Below are positions 21,956-31,634 of a stretch of DNA of 48,684 nt, piece after piece. A program made the position numbers and the translations under genes. Location of the stretch: contig DDQE01000058.1 in the NCBI GenBank assembly GCA_002342545.1, positions 1 through 48,684 of the forward strand, read 5' to 3'. Below the pieces are notes generated by a model. That model saw nothing but the letters and a program-made list of their open reading frames with translations. It was not told the DNA's origin and searched no databases. Position 1 is the first letter of the stretch. Every line of letters begins with the position of its first letter. Source of the stretch: Bacillales bacterium UBA2450. Its GTDB lineage: Bacteria; Bacillota_I; Bacilli_A; RFN20; CAG-826.

Positions 21956-23095
21956 ATGAAAAAAAATCTATGCCTATTTCCATTATTAGTGATTTGTTTA
22001 TCTTCATGCGGAGAAAGCGTTTCTAAAGAAACTAAATCAACTAGAGATGGAGCTAGACCTAGTCAAATTCAAATGAATTATCTTGAAAACACCGATAGTT
22101 CAAATACATCCCCATATAACGGCAATATGTCGGTTGGTTTACCAACACCTGTAAGATTAAGCTGGGACGGTTCTGGAGATAGTTTCACTGTGAAATTATA
22201 TAAAGACGAAGAACTTACTGATTTAGTAGTACAATATGTAACTCCTAATACATTTCTTGATTTTTATAATGACGAATTAGACACTGATTATTATTGGACT
22301 GTTAGTAGTGAAACAGGAAAAGAGACTAGTAATGTTGCTCACTATAAATACCATCCAACTATTGCTCAACCTCGTCATTTAAATATTGAAGGAGTGGAGA
22401 ACTTTAGAGATTTAGGTGGCTGGGGCACTTATGACTCTACAACTAATAAATATAAGACTTATATTAAGCAAGGCCTAATTTATCGTTCTGGTAGATTTAA
22501 CGAAGATAAGGCTAATCCTGTTAAAGTTACTATTAAAAATAATGGTTTATATGAGCTTAATAATCATTTAAAAATTAAAACTGAGATTGATTTAAGAAGA
22601 AGCTCCAATAATGAAATAGGTTCTTTAACTAATAGTGTACTTGGTCAAAACGTAAATTACTTCAATTTACCAATGTATTATGGTGGCAATAACGTTTTAA
22701 CTTATAAAGGAACAATAAGTGGCGATACTTATCAATATGATAATCCAAAGGCAATAAAGCAATTTTTTGATATCCTATCAGAAGAAAAAAATTACCCAAT
22801 CAATTTCCATTGCTCAATCGGGAAAGATCGTACTGGCTGTATGGCTTATCTAATTGAAGCGTTAATGGGCTTTGATAAAGATTTAATGTATAGAGATTAT
22901 ATGTTTACTAATTTTTCTGACGCTGGTATGTGTAAACTACAAGCCGATGTGATTAATAGATATGACGCCACAATCGATAGTTATACTGGAGAAACAACTC
23001 AAGAAAAGACATATAAATATCTAAATGAAGTCATCGGTGTTTCTAGCGAAAATTTAAATAAAATTAAACAAATTTTATCACCTGAAGCTGAATAA
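21956..23095 (+). CDS. Cys-based tyrosine/lipid phosphatase-family lipoprotein (PtpB/LipA-like)
   Basis: LSSC lipobox; ENFRDLGG, IYRSG, IDLR, HCSIGKDRTG (CX5R), DYMFTN. Confidence 0.9.
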   Translation: MKKNLCLFPLLVICLSSCGESVSKETKSTRDGARPSQIQMNYLENTDSSNTSPYNGNMSVGLPTPVRLSWDGSGDSFTVKLYKDEELTDLVVQYVTPNTFLDFYNDELDTDYYWTVSSETGKETSNVAHYKYHPTIAQPRHLNIEGVENFRDLGGWGTYDSTTNKYKTYIKQGLIYRSGRFNEDKANPVKVTIKNNGLYELNNHLKIKTEIDLRRSSNNEIGSLTNSVLGQNVNYFNLPMYYGGNNVLTYKGTISGDTYQYDNPKAIKQFFDILSEEKNYPINFHCSIGKDRTGCMAYLIEALMGFDKDLMYRDYMFTNFSDAGMCKLQADVINRYDATIDSYTGETTQEKTYKYLNEVIGVSSENLNKIKQILSPEAE

Positions 23096-23103
23096 TTATT
23101 AAT

Positions 23104-24222
23104 ATGGAAGAAGAAGAGAAAGTATTTGAATTAAACCCTTTAAGTAAATGGAAGAGAATTCTTCTTTCTCTTGGTGACTTTTTCATTTGTTTCATTTTAG
23201 CGTTTACATTGTTTAATATTGCAGTCTTTCCTCTTGCTAAAGTGATATGCCAAACTCAAAATAAAAACGCTGAAGCTCAAAGGTTAGAATCTAGAGCTGA
23301 TCAATTATTAATTGATAATGGCATAATTTATAAAAGTTTTAATGAATCTTTTGCAAGTCATGTAAATTACACTTTTAAAGTGTTTTTATCGTATTATTGC
23401 TTTGATAATGAATCTCCTTCGACTGAATATCCTCAATATGGACACAAAATAGAAAATGAAGTTATAAGAACTTATCTTGTTAATATTAAAGGAACTATTA
23501 ATACCTATATGTCTTCGTTTAAAGAATATAATACGGATGGTATGTTCTCTATTGGTGAAGACCCGGATAGTATTACCCTATTAGAAGATTATAAAGTTTT
23601 ATTATCTAACGAATTATTAGAAATAAAAGAAGAGAGTCAATATTCATCTGCGATGATTAAATTTAGAGATAATGTTTTTGCAAGGCTATTTTATTTAAAA
23701 GTATATAAAGACATACAGACTAATGATTTTGTTGCAGGTGGAGTTTCATATAACGCTTTATTAAATCAAGTTAAAAACATTATGATCTCCTTACAATGGG
23801 TTGCTACCGGAGCTACGTTAGTTGCTATGGTTTTAGCTTGGGGAATAGTGTATCTTCTTTATCCTTTACTTAACGGATATCGACGTACGATGACAATGTC
23901 AATTATGAAAGCAGATAAGCTTAAATCTACAAACTTAGGATTTATCAACCGTAAGACTGTTTTACTACAATCTTTTTATTATTTGTTATTAGCTTTATCG
24001 TCTTCGATGTTTTTACCAATACTATATTTTGGTGCAGCATATACCTTTAACCTACCTTTATTATTTGTATTGAGTGCTATTTCTTTAATACTTGCCATTG
24101 TTTCCTTGTTTATAATTTTATTTAATCAATATAATCGTAGCGGAAGTGATATATTAACTTATACAGTCATAGTCCCTACTTCAGAATTAGATCGTTTATA
24201 TAGAGAAAAATACAATGGATGA
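23104..24222 (+). CDS. RDD-like membrane protein with large loop
   Basis: WKRILLSLGDFF N-terminal RDD pattern, ~190-aa soluble loop, several TMs, RSGSDILTYTVIV C-terminal motif. Confidence 0.7.
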   Translation: MEEEEKVFELNPLSKWKRILLSLGDFFICFILAFTLFNIAVFPLAKVICQTQNKNAEAQRLESRADQLLIDNGIIYKSFNESFASHVNYTFKVFLSYYCFDNESPSTEYPQYGHKIENEVIRTYLVNIKGTINTYMSSFKEYNTDGMFSIGEDPDSITLLEDYKVLLSNELLEIKEESQYSSAMIKFRDNVFARLFYLKVYKDIQTNDFVAGGVSYNALLNQVKNIMISLQWVATGATLVAMVLAWGIVYLLYPLLNGYRRTMTMSIMKADKLKSTNLGFINRKTVLLQSFYYLLLALSSSMFLPILYFGAAYTFNLPLLFVLSAISLILAIVSLFIILFNQYNRSGSDILTYTVIVPTSELDRLYREKYNG

Positions 24223-25297
24223 TGTTTATCGCGTAAAAGAGGAAATTAAAGAAGAAGAAATGCGTGTTGAGTATACTCGACCGAAATTCTGGCATCGCTG
24301 TGTTGCTAATTTTGTGGATTTCTTTATTTTCGCTATTGTGTTCTTATTTTTATTCATTGGTACTAGAGCCGCTGTTCAAGCCACTCCACCTTATAAAGTA
24401 ATTAAGGCACAGTTATATGACATTCAACTTCGTAGTGGTATTTATCGTGAGCCTGTCGCAGATTCTACTACAACTGACACAATTGATATTGTGTTCTATA
24501 TCGATAATTATAAAAAAGGTACTCCTGCAGGAGACGAGTTTGATATTGATGTCGATGACAAACCAATGTTTATTAACGGAATGTGCGTCAAGGCTATCAA
24601 AATATTTATTAATTTCTGCCATGAAAATTGTTCTTATGAGCGTTATCAAGACCTTTTAGTTTATTATGATGAAGCAAGACTAAACGCTACAATTGATGGC
24701 CTACATTTCTTTGTTCTCGACGATGAAAATAATGTTGTTCCTAATCCAACAGTTAAAGCAGATAAAGGAAAACTTAGATCATACTATACAAATGTATTTA
24801 AGCCTTTTATAGAAAAAAGGTGTATTCCTTTTTTAAGCGCTAATGTGCCTGGCTATCACGACTTAATTAGAACCGATTATCGTTTATTAATTCTTTTAGA
24901 ATTACCAGTGTCATATGTCTTAGCAGGAATACTAGTTTATTTTGTTCCTCCTTTATATTTTAGAAGGGGAAGAAAAACTCTTGGAAAAGCTTTATATCAT
25001 ATTGGTTTAATTGACCAACGTCTATTATCACCTACAGTACCTAGATTTTTACTGCGATTTTTAATTTTTCTATTTGGGGAACTAATTCTTTCTATGTTCT
25101 CATTTGGAATACCCTACATTATTTCTTTTTCAATGATGGCATTCTCCAAGAAAAAACAAGGATTTCCTGATTTTATGGTACGAACGCTTGAAGTCGATAC
25201 AAGCAAGGCTAATATTTATTTAGATTATGTCGAAGCAGTTACTAAAAATCAAATTCATGGTGAAGCAATTGACTTTAAATTAGAGAAGCCTCTTTAA
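24215..25297 (+). CDS. RDD-family membrane protein with large loop
   Basis: WHRCVANFVDFF, RKTLGKALYHI, LLRF, KQGFPDFMVRT motifs; overlaps previous gene. Confidence 0.8.
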   Translation: MDDVYRVKEEIKEEEMRVEYTRPKFWHRCVANFVDFFIFAIVFLFLFIGTRAAVQATPPYKVIKAQLYDIQLRSGIYREPVADSTTTDTIDIVFYIDNYKKGTPAGDEFDIDVDDKPMFINGMCVKAIKIFINFCHENCSYERYQDLLVYYDEARLNATIDGLHFFVLDDENNVVPNPTVKADKGKLRSYYTNVFKPFIEKRCIPFLSANVPGYHDLIRTDYRLLILLELPVSYVLAGILVYFVPPLYFRRGRKTLGKALYHIGLIDQRLLSPTVPRFLLRFLIFLFGELILSMFSFGIPYIISFSMMAFSKKKQGFPDFMVRTLEVDTSKANIYLDYVEAVTKNQIHGEAIDFKLEKPL

Positions 25298-25320
25298 TTC
25301 TCCTACTTTTGCTTTTTTTG

Positions 25321-25349
25321 TTTACTATTTACACGTATTCGCATACAAT
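25321..25349 (+). promoter_or_regulatory. Putative sigma-A promoter for the ABC/nuclease operon
   Basis: TTTACT -17 bp- TACAAT. Confidence 0.45.
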
Positions 25350-25375
25350 ATAAGTACATTACAGGCGGCACAAAT

Positions 25376-27508
25376 ATGAATAATATTAGAAAAACCCTTG
25401 CCGGTTTCTTAGTGTTTGGAATGTTAGCCACTTTTGCTTTTACTCAAAAGCCTGCTACAGTGGTTTCCGCCCAATCTGATGAAGCGTCATCAATTACACG
25501 AAATACTGTAAACGATGATTTTTCTGATGAGACAGAGGTGGACAGCCAAGAAATTGGCGTTAGCATTTCCCAAAGTACTACGACTAGCACCTCACAATCT
25601 CTAACAGTATCATTCAGGTCTAAAACTTTATCAGGCTTTAGGACCGCTATTTTTAATTATATTATCGGAATCGATGATGCTAATTATACTGGCGATCCAT
25701 CTGATCCAGCACCTGAAGGATATGATGTTTACGATGAAGAAACTGGACTTCCTTTATTTGAAGGATATGTTGCTTACGTAACTGGTAGCGTTTCTGAAAA
25801 TAATAAAAACGTTTATATCCCATCAAAAATGACTTTTACTGGTCGATTCACTATCAAAGTTACTAGAATCGATGCTGGAGCTGTTTCTACCGCTGGTTGT
25901 GGTTCTACTGATATCCCTAATACATGGACTTACACTTCTGGTTCTGAAGTAATTTCTAGAATCAAAAATATCTATATTCCAAGCACTATTACAGAAATTA
26001 AAGCTGGTGCATTTACTGGTATGCCAACAGATGGTAGTGCAGTTATTCACTTTGAGGGTAGTGCTATTCCTTCAGGTTTTGAAACTGGTTGGGTAGACGT
26101 TGATGTAACTGATCCAAATTTAATTGACATTAGTACTTCTAGCTATGATAAGCCAAAACAAAAGAATTCCAACGTTGGTGGTACAGTTGATATTCCTGAT
26201 CCATTAGGAAGACCACTCAACTTCATTCTTGGTTATGTTGATTTAGACGCTGATAAAAATTATCCACTTACTGTTCAATATGATTTAGTCACAAATCTAA
26301 ATGGTGTTGAAACTAGAGAAACTATTTATGAGGCTTTACCACTTGTTAATACACGTAATCCTTATGATGCTTGTGGTCCTTTAGCAACAAACAGTTATAC
26401 TAGAACTCTTGGTTATAAATTAGGTAAGGGCCAATCTATTGATGATTCCTCTGTTGTTTTCCATAACATCCGTAAAACTTATGTAGACGGAGAAGGAAAA
26501 ACTCAAGTTGATTTCACTAAGAGATATTTTGCTCGCCCAATTATTGGCTATTCTGAAAAGCAAAACATTGATAATTTAGTTCACGTTAGAGCTTCGACAA
26601 ACTCAACATTTGCTGGATATTCTATGTTTACATTAAAAATGGATAAAAATTTATCCATTAAATCCGCTAAATATCCTCAACCACATTCATTATATTTAGA
26701 TGTTAAGACTGATGTTTATGAACAAAATAAGGCAAACATTAAGTCTGGCAAAACCAAAATCCGTTATCTTCTTTATAATTTATATAATTCCTCATATCAC
26801 TTTGTATATGTCGGTGCGAATAATGAATTAAAAGATGTAGTTGTCCCTGTTAAAACTGTTATTTCTTATCAAAATTTAGAAAACGATAGCGACAACTTAG
26901 TTTCTATTCTTTTAAAGAATTCTGCAATTGCTCCAGATTTCAATCCATCTAAAGTGAGATTATTTGAATTGATGAATATCACTATTCAAATGGATTTAAT
27001 TACTACTACAGATTCTGGTAGTGTCTCCATTTTAGGTAAATCATCAATTAGTTATAAATTCGCGTACATTACTATTATTAACTCAGCAGAAGATATAAGC
27101 GTCTTCAATTGGAATTTATTCTTAATTATTTTCTTTGCATCATTTGTGGTTGTTTATGCCGCTGCGGCATTTGCAACTTATAAGATTATGAAAGAAAAAT
27201 TCAAGAATGATGAATTTAGACGTGTAAATGGTAAAAAATTCTTAAAAAAAGCTATTTTAGGCGGTTTAGGACTTGGCGAAGTGCTTCTTGCAGTCTTATT
27301 CATTATTTTAAGAACAGTTGGATTCAAGAATACAATCGTTGTCTATAACCCAACCGACCCATTATTAATTGCTACTGCAATTGTTGGTCTTATTATTTTC
27401 GGTTACTTCATTGTTTACATTATTAAACTTGTTAAAGCTGAAAAAGAAAGAAGAAAAGCAATTCGTCTCAAACTTAATGAAGATGTTGAAGACGATGGAA
27501 CTAACTAA
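25376..27508 (+). CDS. Large exported protein with BspA-type LRR-like segment and three C-terminal TM helices
   Basis: Signal peptide (VSA-QS); NIYIPSTITEIKAGAF LRR-like unit; beta-rich ectodomain; 3 hydrophobic C-terminal segments. Confidence 0.75.
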   Translation: MNNIRKTLAGFLVFGMLATFAFTQKPATVVSAQSDEASSITRNTVNDDFSDETEVDSQEIGVSISQSTTTSTSQSLTVSFRSKTLSGFRTAIFNYIIGIDDANYTGDPSDPAPEGYDVYDEETGLPLFEGYVAYVTGSVSENNKNVYIPSKMTFTGRFTIKVTRIDAGAVSTAGCGSTDIPNTWTYTSGSEVISRIKNIYIPSTITEIKAGAFTGMPTDGSAVIHFEGSAIPSGFETGWVDVDVTDPNLIDISTSSYDKPKQKNSNVGGTVDIPDPLGRPLNFILGYVDLDADKNYPLTVQYDLVTNLNGVETRETIYEALPLVNTRNPYDACGPLATNSYTRTLGYKLGKGQSIDDSSVVFHNIRKTYVDGEGKTQVDFTKRYFARPIIGYSEKQNIDNLVHVRASTNSTFAGYSMFTLKMDKNLSIKSAKYPQPHSLYLDVKTDVYEQNKANIKSGKTKIRYLLYNLYNSSYHFVYVGANNELKDVVVPVKTVISYQNLENDSDNLVSILLKNSAIAPDFNPSKVRLFELMNITIQMDLITTTDSGSVSILGKSSISYKFAYITIINSAEDISVFNWNLFLIIFFASFVVVYAAAAFATYKIMKEKFKNDEFRRVNGKKFLKKAILGGLGLGEVLLAVLFIILRTVGFKNTIVVYNPTDPLLIATAIVGLIIFGYFIVYIIKLVKAEKERRKAIRLKLNEDVEDDGTN

Positions 27509-27531
27509 TTAGTCATATAAGGAGTCTAAAT

Positions 27532-29442
27532 ATGGAAATTAGAATTAAAGAATTGACAAAAATTTTCCCAGGTGATGCGAAAAAGAATATTCGTGACACT
27601 ATTGCGGTAAAAGATCTCGATTTCGTTGTTAAAGACGGTGAACTCGTAGGTTTACTTGGTCCTTCTGGATGTGGAAAATCAACCACTCTTTACATGATTG
27701 CAGGTCTTCATAATCCTACTTCTGGCGAGGTGTGGTTTGGTGATCAAGAAGTTACCAATTTATCTCCAGAAAAAAGAGGTATTGGATTAGTTTTCCAAAA
27801 CTACGCTTTATATCCTCATATGACTATTTATAAAAACATTGAATTCCCACTTACGAATTTACAAGTTGAAGTTCCACTCGTAACATTCTTCAATTATTCA
27901 ATTAAATTCACATATGTGATGAAACCATCTGATATTGCTAGTGGTATTACCAAATCTATTCAATCATTAGCGAAAAAATGTGGCTTTAGTAAGAAACAAT
28001 TCTCCGTTGCTGTTAGCGGCGAAAAAGAATTAGTTGCTGATGTTAAACTTAACGCTGTTTCTCCAACTGCTAAAGATATGTTTGTTGACAATATGAGCAA
28101 GATTGTTGACTTTAAACTTGAATCTTGTGAAGAACAACAAGCCACTGAAGCATTATTTGATACTAACTTCCGCGCAACCGTTAATGTTATTAGCGAAGGT
28201 GAATTAGTGGAAGTTAATATTAAAGGCCGTTTAGGTAAAGAATTCAAAACCTCTATGATTGATGAGACTATTAATGGCTTAAAACACGCTGTTAATACTC
28301 ATGGTGGTAAAGCTGCTGAATGCGTTATTACTAAAACTCAACACGGTTATGAAATTATGGCCCGTGTTGTCAATTTACCACATCACAAATTACAAGAATG
28401 TATCGAAGCAGTTAAGTCCGCTTATAACTATGATACTTTAGGATATTCCATTACTCAGGTTATCAATAAAGAATTAACTGATTCTGTTAGAAAATTCTTA
28501 AATGAAAAGAAATTATCTTTCTCCGATTATAAGATTTATTTTGATAAGACACACGTTAAGATCTTCTTCAAATTAATGAAGGCGTCTACTGAAACCGCTG
28601 ATGCTGTTTTAGCAGAACTCGCTGAAAAACTTGACTTAAGCGATGTTGAAAAAGAAGTTAAGCAAGCTATCACACACCGTAAATTAACAAAAGAAGAACG
28701 TCGCGACATTATTTATGAAACCGCCAAACTTGTTCAAGTTGATGAATATTTACAAAGAAAACCAAATCAACTCTCCGGTGGTCAACAACAACGTGTCGCT
28801 ATTGCTCGTGCGCTTGTTAAACACCCACGCGTCCTCTTATTAGATGAACCATTATCTAACTTAGATGCACGTTTAAGATTACAAACCCGTGAAGAAATTA
28901 GACGTATTCAACAAGAAACCGGTATTACTTCTGTTTTCGTTACCCACGACCAAGAAGAAGCAATGTCCATTTCTGATGAAATCGTCGTTATGAAATTAGG
29001 CGAAATGCAACAAATGGGTAAACCACAAGAGGTTTATAACTCACCTGCTAACTTATTCGTTGCTCAATTCTTAGGAACTCCACCAATTAACGTTTTTAAA
29101 GCCCACGCAAAAGGCAAAAAAGTTATGATTGGTGAAGATTGTGTCCTAGAAGTTAACGAAGATTTAGGTGATAAAGACATCTATGCTGCAATTCGACCAG
29201 AAGGATTTATTCTAGCTAAACCAGGCGAAAAGAATACATTAAGAGGCAATTGTGAAATGGTCCAAGTTATGGGACGTGATATTTCCGCAATTGTTGCTAG
29301 TGAGTATTGTATTAAACATGACTACAGAGTCATCATTTCATCTGATGACAAAGTTGCTCCTGGTCCAGTCGCCTTTAAAATTAAGCCACATAAGATTTTC
29401 TTGTTTGATGGTGAAACCGAAGAACGTATTTATCTCAAATAA
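27532..29442 (+). CDS. CUT1/MalK-type ABC ATPase with ~270-aa insertion
   Basis: GPSGCGKST Walker A, VFQNYALYPHM Q-loop, LSGGQQQR signature, LLLDEPLSNLD Walker B, VTHDQEEA; TOBE-like C-terminus. Confidence 0.95.
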   Translation: MEIRIKELTKIFPGDAKKNIRDTIAVKDLDFVVKDGELVGLLGPSGCGKSTTLYMIAGLHNPTSGEVWFGDQEVTNLSPEKRGIGLVFQNYALYPHMTIYKNIEFPLTNLQVEVPLVTFFNYSIKFTYVMKPSDIASGITKSIQSLAKKCGFSKKQFSVAVSGEKELVADVKLNAVSPTAKDMFVDNMSKIVDFKLESCEEQQATEALFDTNFRATVNVISEGELVEVNIKGRLGKEFKTSMIDETINGLKHAVNTHGGKAAECVITKTQHGYEIMARVVNLPHHKLQECIEAVKSAYNYDTLGYSITQVINKELTDSVRKFLNEKKLSFSDYKIYFDKTHVKIFFKLMKASTETADAVLAELAEKLDLSDVEKEVKQAITHRKLTKEERRDIIYETAKLVQVDEYLQRKPNQLSGGQQQRVAIARALVKHPRVLLLDEPLSNLDARLRLQTREEIRRIQQETGITSVFVTHDQEEAMSISDEIVVMKLGEMQQMGKPQEVYNSPANLFVAQFLGTPPINVFKAHAKGKKVMIGEDCVLEVNEDLGDKDIYAAIRPEGFILAKPGEKNTLRGNCEMVQVMGRDISAIVASEYCIKHDYRVIISSDDKVAPGPVAFKIKPHKIFLFDGETEERIYLK

Positions 29443-29453
29443 GGAGGTTCTTT

Positions 29454-30584
29454 ATGGGTATTGAATTACTTAGTTTTTTGAAAGGAAAGAAGAAGAAACA
29501 AGCCTCTAACAAGGGTAGTGGTTTAATGACTCTTGAACCTGAAAAAGTACCTGTATATACTCCAGGGCTTCAGGCTGATGGTACTGTTGTTCGCTTAGTA
29601 AGCAACAGAAAAATCAAAAAACCATATCGAGTTAGTGGTATTGATGATGTTGCCAGTAAAAACAACTGGAAAGCATGGCTATACTTAGCTCCAGTTATTA
29701 TTCTTGTCACCATCTTCTTACTTTATCCTTTAATTAATACAATTTTTATCTCGTTTACTAAAAACTATAACTATACGACAGGTAAATATGATGGATTTAC
29801 TCTTGAAAACTTCGGTATCATCTTGCATATGATTCCGTACAAGAGTAGTGCAGGCGAAGCTTGGGAGACAAGCTTTACGAGTAACGCTATTCCTAATACT
29901 TTCATTATTACATTCGTTACCGTTCCTGTTTCTATTTTCCTTGCATTAATTATTTCTGTCGCCCTTAATTCTATTAAGGCATTCCAAAGATTCTTACAAA
30001 CAGTATTCTTCTTACCGTACGTTACAAATAGTATTGCTATTGGTATGGTTTTCTCTGTTTTATTCGATGATGCTGGTTTAATTAACTATATATTTGGATT
30101 GCAGCATGCCGGTCCAAATGGTGGTCCAATGCAATGGATTTATAACACCCCAACCGCAATTGCCATGATTCCTCTTTGCCTATTTATTGTTTGGAATAGT
30201 ATTCCATTTAAGATTTTGATTTTATTATCAGGATTACAAGGTATTGATAAGCAATATTATCAAGCTGCTCAAATTGATGCTGCTCCAAAATGGAAAGTTT
30301 TTGGAAGAATTACTGTCCCATTATTGTCTCCACAGATTTTATATTTGATGATCACATCATTTATTGGAGCGTTTAAAGAATATAACAGTATCGTTTCTAT
30401 CTTTGGTAAAAAAGGTGAAACAATGGCCGGACAAAAGAACATGTACACAATCGTTTTCTATGTGTATGACAATATTTCGGCTAATACCTCTTTTGCGGCT
30501 GCCGCTGCTGTGTTCTTATTTATCATTATTTTAGTCTTTACATTCATCCAGTTCTGGGCGAGTAGTAAAAGAGTTCATTATTAG
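29454..30584 (+). CDS. CUT1 ABC permease (MalF/UgpA-like)
   Basis: YLAP, FFLPYVT, LSGLQGIDKQYYQAAQIDAA EAA motif, ITVPLLSP. Confidence 0.93.
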   Translation: MGIELLSFLKGKKKKQASNKGSGLMTLEPEKVPVYTPGLQADGTVVRLVSNRKIKKPYRVSGIDDVASKNNWKAWLYLAPVIILVTIFLLYPLINTIFISFTKNYNYTTGKYDGFTLENFGIILHMIPYKSSAGEAWETSFTSNAIPNTFIITFVTVPVSIFLALIISVALNSIKAFQRFLQTVFFLPYVTNSIAIGMVFSVLFDDAGLINYIFGLQHAGPNGGPMQWIYNTPTAIAMIPLCLFIVWNSIPFKILILLSGLQGIDKQYYQAAQIDAAPKWKVFGRITVPLLSPQILYLMITSFIGAFKEYNSIVSIFGKKGETMAGQKNMYTIVFYVYDNISANTSFAAAAAVFLFIIILVFTFIQFWASSKRVHY

Positions 30585-30596
30585 GAGGATATCAAG

Positions 30597-31580
30597 ATGT
30601 CAAAAACTGCAACTGCAACATACATTGATTTCGCTGATGTCAGAGTTAATAAGAACTTAGTACTTTCCATTACTGAGTCATCAAAGACCGTTGATCAAAT
30701 TAAGTCTGCTGAAAAAGTCAGTCATATCATTTTTACAATTTTGACTTATGCTTTTATTATCGCATTAGCCTTAATTGTCATTTTCCCATTCTATTGGATG
30801 ATTATTACATCATTAAAAACTTATAACGAAATTACTCAAGAAAATCAAACATTCTTCCCATCGGTTGTTATGTGGTCTAACTACGTATACGTGTTCCAAC
30901 ACTTTAACTTCTTTGTTTATATGAAGAACACGATTATCGTTGCGATATTCTCTACAATCGGTACTTTATTAACTACAATCTTTGCAGCATTTGCATTCTC
31001 TAGATTGCAGTTCAAAGGTCGAGAAGCATTATTTATGGTTTTCTTAGCAACAATGATGATTCCTGGTGAAATGATGGTTATTTCTAACTACATCACTGTT
31101 GCCTCGTTTGGATGGATTACATCTTCTACCCATACTCAAACAATTACTGAAGCCTATGCGGCAATGATTGTTCCATTCTGGGTTAGTGTCTTCCACATTT
31201 ATTTATTGAGACAAAACTTCAAACAAATTCCAAACGAATTATATTTGGCTGCTAAAGTCGACGGAAAATCTGACTGGTCCTACTTATGGAAAGTCATGGT
31301 ACCTTTAGCTGCTCCAACTCTTATCTCGATTTCAATTTTGAAATTCATGGGAACTTGGAACTCCTATGTGTGGCCAAACTTGGTTACAGAACTTCCACAA
31401 TACCGTTTGATTTCTAACGGTTTACGTGAATCAAGCTTCCAGAACGCTGACCTTGGTACCATTGAATATGGATATCAAATGGCAGCGTCCATCTTAGTTA
31501 CTGTACCTCTATTCTTACTCTTCGTATTCTTCCGTAAATACATTATGAAGGGTGTTGGAAGAGCCGGTATTAAAGGCTAA
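30597..31580 (+). CDS. CUT1 ABC permease (MalG/UgpE-like)
   Basis: FPFYWMIITSLK, AFSRLQFKGR, QIPNELYLAAKVDG EAA motif, WNSYVWP, GIKG end. Confidence 0.93.
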   Translation: MSKTATATYIDFADVRVNKNLVLSITESSKTVDQIKSAEKVSHIIFTILTYAFIIALALIVIFPFYWMIITSLKTYNEITQENQTFFPSVVMWSNYVYVFQHFNFFVYMKNTIIVAIFSTIGTLLTTIFAAFAFSRLQFKGREALFMVFLATMMIPGEMMVISNYITVASFGWITSSTHTQTITEAYAAMIVPFWVSVFHIYLLRQNFKQIPNELYLAAKVDGKSDWSYLWKVMVPLAAPTLISISILKFMGTWNSYVWPNLVTELPQYRLISNGLRESSFQNADLGTIEYGYQMAASILVTVPLFLLFVFFRKYIMKGVGRAGIKG

Positions 31581-31634
31581 AACATATTTAATCGTCGTTA
31601 GACGTTAAATAAATAAACTATTTAAGGAGAAATT

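Noticed and set aside
27859-28674. ATPase insert as an intein or intron
   Set aside because: No N-terminal Cys/Ser with C-terminal His-Asn junction and no homing-endonuclease motif seen; the frame is continuous
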